The notes below the pieces were generated by a model that worked only from the letters and a program-made list of their open reading frames with translations, made no database searches and was not told where the DNA came from. 64,000 nt of DNA. Source: an uncultured Alphaproteobacteria bacterium. Lineage in GTDB: Bacteria > Pseudomonadota > Alphaproteobacteria > Rhodobacterales > Rhodobacteraceae. The position numbers and the translations under genes were made by a program. This document shows positions 48,800 to 56,731 of the stretch, one piece after another (positions within the stretch are counted from its first letter, which is position 1; each line of letters begins with the position of its first letter). The stretch covers positions 9,910 through 73,909 of the forward strand of contig CAWIIL010000003.1 in the NCBI GenBank assembly GCA_963836255.1. Reading direction: 5' to 3'.

Positions 48800-50215
48800 A
48801 TGTCTCGGCTCGCGCGGATGCTAACCCTGCTCTTTTTGAGTGTTTTTGCGGCCTTGGGAGCCTCCGGCGCCGCCGGTGCGCAGATCCGTCTGGACAGCGA
48901 GGCCATCGAGACCCGCGTCGCGGAAACCCTGGCACGAGATCGCGTGCCGGGGGCCGCCGTCGCCATCGTCACCGGGACGGAGGTGCTGTTCCTGCGCACA
49001 TACGGACGCGACGGACGCGGCGCCCCCGTTAGCGAACAGACGGCGTTCCGTCTCGGGTCCATGAGCAAACCGGTCACCGCGCTGGTCGCGATGCGCCTTG
49101 TCGAGCGCGGCGAGATTACGCTGGAAACCGAAGTGGAGACGCTCCTGCCAGAGTTGACCGCCTTCGGTGGCAGTGGAGCCACGCTCAGGCACCTGCTGCA
49201 GCATACCAGCGGGCTGCCCGCGCGAACGCCCCAGGCGAACGCCTCGGCCGACCTCTCCGAGCAGATCGCGGCTTTGCGCCAAACGGCGCGCATCGCTGCC
49301 CCGGGCACGGAGCATGTCTACACCAGTGCGAATTACCTCGTGGCCGCGCGCATGCTGGAAATCGCTTCGGGGGAAGACTTTGAAGACCTGCTGAGGCGAG
49401 AGGCACTTGAGCCACTGGGATTTTCCGAAGCCAGGGCACGCGCGGACGACGCTTCGCCGCCTGTCGGGCATCGGCGGTGGGCGCTGTGGCCCGTCCCCTA
49501 TCAACCGGGCGCGGAGGCGGGCCGGCTGGCAACGGCGTCCCTCGCGGCGACGGCGCCCGATTTGGTGCGCTTCATGCAGTTCCAGCTTGGCGACGGACGG
49601 TGGGAGGCACTGCCACTTCTGAGCGCGGCCGGGCTCGCCGCAATGCACGCGGGAACGGCGGAGGGCGATGGGTTCCGCTACGCGCTTGGATGGCGCGACG
49701 GGACTTTGTGGGGCGCGCGCGCCGTCTGGCACGGTGGCGTGCTGCCCGACCACCAGGGCATGATGGTGCTGCTGCCGGATCAGGGTGTCGGGATCGTGGT
49801 GCTGCTCGACGCGTCGTCGACCCTGCTGCTGCCGGCGCGTCCTGTCAGCCACCGGCTGGCGGTCGACATTGCAGCAATGGTTCTTGGAGAGCAGCCCCGT
49901 CCCAGCATCCTGTCGTTTTCGGTGTGGCTGACCGGCCTCTGGCTGGGGCTTGGCGCTATCCTGCTGCACCAACTCTACAGCGTTCTGCGCATCGCCTTCG
50001 ACCGCGACGCGGCCAGCCACCCTTTGCGCGCAAGCCTCATGGACGCCGCGATCATGATGGCGCTGGTGTTCGGCCTGCCGCGCTTTTTCAACCTATCGTG
50101 GCCTCAGTTTGCCCAGCAAACCCCCGACCTCACGGCCTGGATTGTCGCCATGGGCGCGCTCACGATTGTTGCCGGCCTGATCAGGGTCCTTCGGAGGCCG
50201 GCGCGCGACGTATGA
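48800..50215 (+). CDS. beta-lactamase-fold serine hydrolase with C-terminal membrane anchor (about 3 TM)
   Basis: Signal peptide MSRLARMLTLLFLSVFAALGASGAAGA, SxxK motif GSMSKP. Hydrophobic C-terminal 110 aa. Confidence 0.8.
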   Translation: MSRLARMLTLLFLSVFAALGASGAAGAQIRLDSEAIETRVAETLARDRVPGAAVAIVTGTEVLFLRTYGRDGRGAPVSEQTAFRLGSMSKPVTALVAMRLVERGEITLETEVETLLPELTAFGGSGATLRHLLQHTSGLPARTPQANASADLSEQIAALRQTARIAAPGTEHVYTSANYLVAARMLEIASGEDFEDLLRREALEPLGFSEARARADDASPPVGHRRWALWPVPYQPGAEAGRLATASLAATAPDLVRFMQFQLGDGRWEALPLLSAAGLAAMHAGTAEGDGFRYALGWRDGTLWGARAVWHGGVLPDHQGMMVLLPDQGVGIVVLLDASSTLLLPARPVSHRLAVDIAAMVLGEQPRPSILSFSVWLTGLWLGLGAILLHQLYSVLRIAFDRDAASHPLRASLMDAAIMMALVFGLPRFFNLSWPQFAQQTPDLTAWIVAMGALTIVAGLIRVLRRPARDV

Positions 50216-50287
50216 TGAGGCAATCACGCAAACCGTGTCCCAAAGCGCTACGCAGCCGCGCCCACAACGAAAATTCGAGGAGAAGAA

Positions 50288-50743
50288 ATGACGCAAGAAG
50301 CCATTACGATCCGCCGCTACCAGCCTCCCGATGCCGATGCTGTCATCGCTATCTGGGAGGCGGCCAATGCGCTCGCACACCCCTTTCTGTCGCGAGACTT
50401 CGTCGACACCGTTCGGACCGACATGCGCGCGGTCTATCTGCCCAATGCCGAGACTTGGATCGCGGAGCGTGACGGTCGACCGGTGGGATTCATCGCCATG
50501 ATCGGGACCGAAATCGGCGGCCTCTTCCTCGACCCACGGCATCACGGGAAAGGCTTTGGCCGGGCAATGGTGGATACCGTGGTCGCCGAAAAGGGGTCTT
50601 TGCAAGTTGAGGTGTTCGCTAACAATCGCATCGGCCGGACGTTCTACGACTGCTACGGATTCGTACCGGTCGATGAATACGTGCACGAGCAATCCGGACA
50701 GGTCACGATCAGAATGGGACTGCCTGAAGCGCATGGCGCTTAA
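50288..50743 (+). CDS. GNAT-family N-acetyltransferase
   Basis: 151 aa. LFLDPRHHGKGFGRAMV acetyl-CoA motif and FYDCYGF. Confidence 0.85.
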   Translation: MTQEAITIRRYQPPDADAVIAIWEAANALAHPFLSRDFVDTVRTDMRAVYLPNAETWIAERDGRPVGFIAMIGTEIGGLFLDPRHHGKGFGRAMVDTVVAEKGSLQVEVFANNRIGRTFYDCYGFVPVDEYVHEQSGQVTIRMGLPEAHGA

Positions 50744-50781
50744 CGGTGATGCCTGTCGGGATGGCAAAGCTTGTACGAAAT

Positions 50782-51036
50782 TCAAATCCAGCTGCATGCA
50801 CACACCTGCTCACGCATCACGGCGTAGTCGCTCAGCATCTCTGCAATGGCCGAGCCGTCCGACAGCCGGACCAGTTCCTCGGCCGCCCGCACCTGAAACT
50901 CGCTGCTATACTCGAAGACCGGCGGACACGCCCCTGGCCCGTTGGCCTCAGAACCGACCGTCACGCAACCGCTCAGCAAGCTTGATGCGATCGCGAGGAC
51001 GGCGAGCCGCCGCTTCCAGCATCCGGCGTTGGACAT
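50782..51036 (-). CDS. small Cys-containing lipoprotein, unknown family (copy 1)
   Basis: ATG 51036. Signal plus lipobox LAIASSLLSGC. Conserved CPPVFEYSSEFQVRAAEEL...GSAIAEMLSDYAVMREQ core. An IS-split paralogue lies at 51615-52826. Confidence 0.6.
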   Translation of the reverse strand: MSNAGCWKRRLAVLAIASSLLSGCVTVGSEANGPGACPPVFEYSSEFQVRAAEELVRLSDGSAIAEMLSDYAVMREQVCACSWI

Positions 51037-51039
51037 CGT

Positions 51040-51608
51040 TTGCCTTCTCCATGGTTTCAGAGCGTTCGGCGAACCGGCGCAGGCGCTGGCCAACTGGTGC
51101 AAACCCGGCCGGGCGGTCGCCTTCCTCGGCTCCTCGGGCGTGGGCAAATCCACGCTCACCAACGCGTTGATGGGCGCGCAGGCCATCGCCACTCAGGGCA
51201 TCCGCGAGGACGACGCCAAGGGCCGCCACGCCAAGGGCCGCCAGACCACGACCCGGCGCGCGTTGCACGGCACCCCCGGCGGCTGCCTCGTCCTCGACAC
51301 GCCGGGGATGCGCGAGTTGCAGTTGACCGACGCCGCCACGGGCATCGCCGACCTGTTCGAGGATATCGAAACGCTGGCTGCAAGCTGCCGCTTCACCGAT
51401 TGCCGACGCGAGACCGAGCCCGGCTGCACCGTCCAGATCGCCCTCGAGGACGGCAGCCTCGACCCCGCCCGCCTGGCCCGTTGGCGAAGGCTCCGGGCCG
51501 AGGACGCCTTCAACTCCGCGAACTCTTGCAGAGCGCCGCGAAAAGGACCGCGCCTTTGGCAAGCTGGTGCGCAGCGCCATCAACGCAAAATCGGATCGAA
51601 AGCGTTAG
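51040..51608 (+). pseudogene. rsgA: remnant of ribosome small-subunit GTPase RsgA (C-terminal two thirds only)
   Basis: G1 FLGSSGVGKSTLTNAL, DTPGMREL, degenerate Zn motif CRFTDCRRETEPGC. No OB-fold N-domain. A 15-bp tandem duplication is present. A frameshift near 51520 separates ...AEDAFNSA from TLAERREKDRAFGKLVRSAINAKSDRKR (stop at 51606-51608). Confidence 0.7.
51215..51244 (+). repeat. 15-bp tandem duplication inside the rsgA remnant
   Basis: GCCAAGGGCCGCCAC followed by GCCAAGGGCCGCCAG (14/15 identical). Gives DAKGRH-AKGRQ-TTT where RsgA proteins have one KGRHTT segment. Confidence 0.85.
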
Positions 51609-51680
51609 ACGCCTTCAACATGCCCGCGCCTGCTCCCGCGTCACCGCGTAGTCGCTGATCATCTCCGCTATGGCCGACCC

Positions 51681-52712
51681 GTAAACTCACAAACCAAGTG
51701 CGACACCGGCTATGTCCGGAGCCGCCATGGGAAAGAGATATAGCCACCTCAGCCTTGAGGAGAGATGCCGCCTGCGCGGCATGATCGAGATGGACCTGAG
51801 CGTCAGCGAGATTGCGAGGCGGATGGATCGTCACCGGAGCACGATCCAGCGCGAACTCGAGCGCAACCGTTGCGCCGACGGCTATCGGCCGGACAGCGCG
51901 GGCCGCCGCGCCTGGGCGCGCAAGCTGCGCGGCTCGAAGATCGAGCGCTCCACCCGCCTGCGCGCCCACGTCGAGGACCGCCTTGCCATGGGATGGTCCC
52001 CGGAGCAGATCGCGGGGCGGATGGAGCTGGAGGGAGCGAAGAGCAGGGTCAGTGCGGAGTCGATATATCGCCATGCCTACAGCCCGGCGGGTCGGGGCGC
52101 GGGCCTGCCGAGGCTGCTGGCGCAGCGCAGGCCGAAGCGGGGTCGACGGCGACGCAACGGCCGGCGCGAGCCCGCCATCCCCAACCGCATCCCGATCCAC
52201 CAGCGACCGACAAAGGCCCATCTTCGCAGCCAGTTCGGCCACTGGGAAGGCGACCTGATGCACTTCCGCCGCCAGCGTGACATCCTCCTGACGCTGCAGG
52301 AGCGGCGCTCCCGGCTGACCCTTGCCCGTCGTCTTCTCAGCAAAGACGCCGACCGCACCGCCGAGGCCATCGCCGCGGAGCTGGGCGGGCTGCCGGCCAG
52401 GGCGTGCCGCACGATCACCCATGACAACGGCGGCGAGTTCGCGCGGCACGAGACCGTCACCAACGCCATCGGCCTGGACGCCTACTTCTGCGATCCGCAC
52501 AGCCCCTGGCAGCATGGCTCGATCGAGAACGCGAACGGCCGGCTCCGCCGCGACCTCCCCAGAAAGACCAGCCTCGAGGAATACACCGATGCCGACATCG
52601 ACGACGTCATCTGGAACCTCAACGCGACGCCTCGGAAGTGCCTCGGATACCGCACGCCAATCGAGGCATTCGCAGCCAACCTCGGTGTCGCACTTGAAGT
52701 GTGAATCCAGCA
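51681..52712 (+). mobile_element. IS30-family insertion sequence (about 1032 bp) with 3-bp target duplication
   Basis: Imperfect terminal inverted repeats share TCACA-N3-CAAGTGCGACACCG (51687-51708 and reverse complement of 52683-52704). CCC flanks both ends (51678-51680, 52713-52715). Excision plus one CCC restores the reading frame LLPEGSAIAEM. Confidence 0.75.
51712..52704 (+). CDS. IS30-family DDE transposase
   Basis: N-terminal HTH LSLEERCRLRGMIEMDLSVSEIARRM. HWEGDLM, TITHDNGGEF, PWQHGSIENANGRLRR catalytic segments. The stop lies inside the right IR. Confidence 0.9.
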   Translation: MSGAAMGKRYSHLSLEERCRLRGMIEMDLSVSEIARRMDRHRSTIQRELERNRCADGYRPDSAGRRAWARKLRGSKIERSTRLRAHVEDRLAMGWSPEQIAGRMELEGAKSRVSAESIYRHAYSPAGRGAGLPRLLAQRRPKRGRRRRNGRREPAIPNRIPIHQRPTKAHLRSQFGHWEGDLMHFRRQRDILLTLQERRSRLTLARRLLSKDADRTAEAIAAELGGLPARACRTITHDNGGEFARHETVTNAIGLDAYFCDPHSPWQHGSIENANGRLRRDLPRKTSLEEYTDADIDDVIWNLNATPRKCLGYRTPIEAFAANLGVALEV

Positions 52713-52915
52713 CCCTTCCGGCAGCAGGGCCAACTGCTCAGCCGCCCGCGCCGGGAACTCCCGGCTGCACTCGACGACCGGTGGACACGTCCCGAGGCCG
52801 CCAAGGTCAGAAGTGCCCGCAGCCACTCCCGTTTGATCTCGATCAGCGAAGACGCGGGCGATTTGAACGATAGTGCGCCGAATTCCGGAAATGACCGTCT
52901 CGAGAGGATGCGCTT

Positions 52916-53749
52916 ATGTCTTCCATCGCGATCAGACCGCAGTCGAGCCTCCCGTCCTACGCGCTCCTGTTCTTCGCCTTGCTCACATTCGGCATCACAT
53001 GGATCGTGATCGGCGGCTACATCTACTTTCCGGAACGGGCTGCCGCGACCTTCGGCGAGATCAGCGGCGGCCACCCGCTCTACTTCCTCGCCACCTGGGC
53101 GCCCGGCATCGCGGGCATCCTTCTGGTGCTGGCGTTCGGCGGGGGGCGGGGCCTGCGCGCCTTCCTCTCGCGCCTCGTTTACTGGCGCTGCGCCCCTGTC
53201 TGGTGGGCCTTCATCCTGATCGGCATCCCGGTCGTCTTCATGGCCGGATCGCTGATCAAGGGCGGGCCGCTCCTTGCGCCGGTTCCGCCGGAGGGCGTGG
53301 GGGCCATGGTCGCGCTCATGGTCATGATGCTCTTTCTCGGGCCGATAGAAGAATTCGGCTGGCGGGGCGTGGCACAGCCGCTGCTGCAGCGTCACATGGC
53401 ACCCTTCTGGGCAGGAGCCCTCATCGGGGCGGCCTGGGGCGTCTGGCATCTGCCCGCCTTCTATCTGGGGGGTGTCGTCTACGAGAATTGGTCCTTCCTG
53501 CCCTTCTTCATCGGCAACGTCACCCTTGCGATCCTCGTGACGCCGATCTTCAACAGCGCGCGCGGCAGCCTGCTTCTGCCGATGCTGTTCCACTGGCAAC
53601 TCATCATACCGTTCTGGCCCGACGCGCAGCCCTGGGACACCCGCATCCTGGTGGTGGTGGCCGTGGTCGTGGTCTGGCTGAACCTCAAGACGATGTTCAC
53701 CCGTGAAGGCGCTGTGACAGAGGTCATTCCGGGGGAGGCGCGGCAATGA
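52916..53749 (+). CDS. CPBP-family intramembrane glutamic endopeptidase (CAAX protease-like)
   Basis: Polytopic protein. Motif 1 EEFGWRG, motif 2 WGVWH. Confidence 0.8.
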   Translation: MSSIAIRPQSSLPSYALLFFALLTFGITWIVIGGYIYFPERAAATFGEISGGHPLYFLATWAPGIAGILLVLAFGGGRGLRAFLSRLVYWRCAPVWWAFILIGIPVVFMAGSLIKGGPLLAPVPPEGVGAMVALMVMMLFLGPIEEFGWRGVAQPLLQRHMAPFWAGALIGAAWGVWHLPAFYLGGVVYENWSFLPFFIGNVTLAILVTPIFNSARGSLLLPMLFHWQLIIPFWPDAQPWDTRILVVVAVVVVWLNLKTMFTREGAVTEVIPGEARQ

Positions 53750-54924
53750 AAGGCAAGTTTATTGCAACTGCCGTCGCCGCATCCCTCGCGCTGGCCGGTC
53801 AGGCGTTCGCCGAAACGCCGCAAGTCCGGCTACAGGACCTGTTGGACAGCTTTCAGCAGGACTACGGCTTCCCTGGCGCGACGGCCGCCATGGCGCTTCC
53901 TGACGGCAGCGTGGTATCGGCGGCCACGGGTGCTGCCGACGCCGAGGCCGACACGCCGATGACATCCGAGAGCCGGATGCTTGCCGCAAGCATCGGGAAA
54001 AGCTTCGTTGCGATGACGGCGTTGTCGCTGGAAAGCGATGGCGTCCTGTCCCGATCCGACCTTGTCTCCCGGCACCTTAGCGACCGCGACTGGTTCACGA
54101 GACTGCCGAACCACGGGACGATGACGGTGGGCGATCTTCTGCGCCACACGTCAGGCCTTGCCGACCATGTGCACCTTCAAGGTTTCCAGTTCGAGATGGC
54201 GGCACGGATGGCCGGCGGCAGCGCTGCGTTCACGCCGGAGGAGGCCATCGCCTTCGTCCTCGACACTGATCCGTTGTTTCTCGCCGGGGAGGCATGGGCC
54301 TATTCCGACACCGGGTATCTCCTGCTCGGCCTCGTGATCGAACAAGCCGGCGGGGCGGCGTATTACGACCTCGTGGCCGAGCGTTTCCTCGTCCCGCTCG
54401 GCCTGACGGCCACGACCCCCTCGGATACGCCCATTCTGCCCGGTCTGGCGGCGGGTTATGTGGGCGAGGACAACCCCTTCGGCCTGCCGCAGCGGACGAT
54501 GGACGATGCAGGCCGGCTCCTTTGGGATCCGGCGATGGAATGGACGGGTGGCGGGCTCGCATCCAATTCCCGCGATCTGGCGGTCTGGGGCCATGCCCTT
54601 TTCGCCGGCGCGGCGATGGAGGCCCCCTATCTCGACCGGCTGCTCGATAGCGTCCCCGTCTCGCCCGATGCACCGGGCATTCTCTACGGCGCCGGTGTTG
54701 CGATCCATGCCGACACACCGCGTGGCCCGGTCTACGGCCATGGTGGCTGGATTCCGGGATATGTCTCAAGCCTGCGCCACTATGCCGATCACGGCGTGAC
54801 GGTCGCATTCCAGATCAACACCGACGTTGGAATCGTGGACGACAGCTCCAATCTGGTCCCGGCGCTGGAAGCAGCACTGGCGGATCTGGCAATCGCTCAA
54901 TCGGGGAGTGGCAATGGGCAATAA
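53746..54924 (+). CDS. secreted beta-lactamase-fold serine hydrolase
   Basis: ATG overlaps the CPBP stop (ATGA). Signal peptide ...AGQAFA. SxxK motif ASIGKS, YSDTGY. Confidence 0.8.
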   Translation: MKGKFIATAVAASLALAGQAFAETPQVRLQDLLDSFQQDYGFPGATAAMALPDGSVVSAATGAADAEADTPMTSESRMLAASIGKSFVAMTALSLESDGVLSRSDLVSRHLSDRDWFTRLPNHGTMTVGDLLRHTSGLADHVHLQGFQFEMAARMAGGSAAFTPEEAIAFVLDTDPLFLAGEAWAYSDTGYLLLGLVIEQAGGAAYYDLVAERFLVPLGLTATTPSDTPILPGLAAGYVGEDNPFGLPQRTMDDAGRLLWDPAMEWTGGGLASNSRDLAVWGHALFAGAAMEAPYLDRLLDSVPVSPDAPGILYGAGVAIHADTPRGPVYGHGGWIPGYVSSLRHYADHGVTVAFQINTDVGIVDDSSNLVPALEAALADLAIAQSGSGNGQ

Positions 54925-54987
54925 TAAGGACAGACGGATCGACCCAGCAGTCGCGAAGCGACATCAAATCAGTCTGGAGTATCGGGA

Positions 54988-56079
54988 ATGGCGCGGATCA
55001 CACGCAGGACGCTGATCGGAGCAGGCGTTTCAATCTCCGCGCTCGGGGCCATCGGGTACGGGCTTTGGCCCCGCATGGACGGCTATCGCGACGAGGTCGA
55101 GCGGCAACGGCAACTTCTTGGGAGCGATCCAGCCCTGCGGGATCTTGTCCGCATGGCAACCCTGGCCGCCAACGGGCACAACACGCAGCCTTGGAGGTTC
55201 CGGCTTGCCGAGCGGAACGTCACGATCCTGCCCGACCTGACCCGCCGCACCCCGGTCGTGGACCCTGATGACCATCACCTTTACGTCAGTCTGGGATGTG
55301 CGGCGGAAAATCTGGTCATTGCTGCCGCTGCACAGGGTCAGGCGGCCAAGGTCGCAATCGAAGCGGGCAGCGAGCCGCGGATAGACATCGCCCTCTTCCC
55401 CAGCCCTGAAGAGCGCGGAGCGCTCTATCAGGCAATCCCGCTCCGACAATCCACGCGGTCGGTCTACGATGGTCAATCGGTCTCATCGGAAGACCTGACG
55501 CTGCTTCAGGCGGCCGCGCGCGAAGAGGGCGTGAACCTCCTGATGTTTACCGAGCGCGCCGATCTCGACGCCATTCTGGAGTTCGTCATCGCGGGAAACA
55601 GCGCCCAGATGGAAGACCCGGCGTTTGTGCAGGAATTGCAGGACTGGCTTCGGTTCAGCCCCGGACGAGCGGTCGAGACCGGCGACGGGCTTTTCGGGGC
55701 CTGCTCGGGCAATCCGGTGGTGCCGGACTGGATCGGGGCGCCGCTCTTCCAGTCCTTTTTCACCAAGGAGGGCGAGAACGACAAGTACCGCGATCACGTG
55801 AGGTCCTCCGACGGCATCGCCGTCTTCGTGGCCGACCACAACGATCCCGAACACTGGATCAGGATCGGGCGCAGTTTCCAGCGCTTCGCGCTTCAGGCGA
55901 CCGCGCTCGGAATCCGAAACGCTCACCTAAACATGCCTGTCGAGGTGCTTTCGGTGCGCCCGGAGTTTGCAAGCTGGCTCGGGCTGCCAGGCGTGCGCCC
56001 GAACCTCGTGATCCGCTTCGGCCGCGGCCCTGCGCTACCAATGTCACTCCGACGGCCCGTTGCCGAGGTGCTTTTATGA
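54988..56079 (+). CDS. Acg-family FMN-binding nitroreductase-fold protein with Tat signal
   Basis: Twin-arginine signal MARITRRTLIGAGVSISALGAIG. NGHNTQPWRF. Two nitroreductase-like halves. 363 aa. Confidence 0.8.
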   Translation: MARITRRTLIGAGVSISALGAIGYGLWPRMDGYRDEVERQRQLLGSDPALRDLVRMATLAANGHNTQPWRFRLAERNVTILPDLTRRTPVVDPDDHHLYVSLGCAAENLVIAAAAQGQAAKVAIEAGSEPRIDIALFPSPEERGALYQAIPLRQSTRSVYDGQSVSSEDLTLLQAAAREEGVNLLMFTERADLDAILEFVIAGNSAQMEDPAFVQELQDWLRFSPGRAVETGDGLFGACSGNPVVPDWIGAPLFQSFFTKEGENDKYRDHVRSSDGIAVFVADHNDPEHWIRIGRSFQRFALQATALGIRNAHLNMPVEVLSVRPEFASWLGLPGVRPNLVIRFGRGPALPMSLRRPVAEVLL

Positions 56080-56507
56080 CGAGTGCAAGGCAGGGCCTGT
56101 CAAGGCAATCGATCGATATCGCTGACCGTCTTTTCGAAGCATTCCAGGCGGGAAACATCGACGCCCTGCGCTAGCTGTGCACGGACGATGTGGTCGCCTG
56201 CCAGAACAGAGGGACGTCGATGAACCTCGACATGCAGGCGGCGTTCTGCCGCCTCATGTATCAGGTGGTCGACGGGCTTCGCTATGAGGAGGTCCGCCGC
56301 CAGAACACTGACCTCGGTTTTCTCTCCGAACACGTTGTTTGCGGGCGCTTGCAGGACGGAACGGAGTTCAGGATTCCGACCTGCGTCGTCGGCGAGGTTT
56401 CGAACGGGCTTGTCACACGCACCGTCGAATACATGGACACCAGCGCGGCAGCGCCCTTGATCCGGGCTCTGGGCGCGATGATCCCGAAGCAGGGAACCGC
56501 CAGATGA
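56076..56507 (+). pseudogene. NTF2/SnoaL-like protein with in-frame TAG at codon 33
   Basis: ATG overlaps the upstream stop (ATGA). MTSARQGLSRQSIDIADRLFEAFQAGNIDALR-TAG(56172-56174)-LCTDDVVACQNRG... The same frame runs to 56507. Confidence 0.7.
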
Positions 56508-56731
56508 TCGGACGCCGTCGAATTCATGACCGCGTCGTTTGGCCTGCTGGCCCTTGCCGGCGGCGGTTGGCTCGCAACGCGACGTCCGGAGCGTGGCAGG
56601 GCGTCGAGCAGATCGTCACCGTCACCGCCGACGGCTTCGAGTGGCAGGGGCGGCCCCATCGCCCGCGCCACCACCGGGACGCGGTGGAACGGGCCAGTCT
56701 TCTTCGGGCTCAAGCGAAAGGGAAGCCGGCG

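Larger units (their letters stand above)
51615..52826 (-). pseudogene. paralogue (copy 2) of the small lipoprotein gene, split by the IS30-family element
   Basis: C-terminal piece 51615-51680 reads GSAIAEMISDYAVTREQARAC-stop. N-terminal piece 52713-52826 reads ...TCPPVVECSREFPARAAEQLALLPEG. About 75-80 percent nt identity to copy 1 by eye. Confidence 0.7.

Noticed and set aside
56172-56174. TAG as pyrrolysine, or TAA/TAG recoding in the NTF2-like genes
   Set aside because: No pyl genes or methylamine methyltransferases are in the window. The stops are of two different kinds. Alphaproteobacteria are not known to use Pyl. Simple nonsense mutations or base-call errors are more likely.
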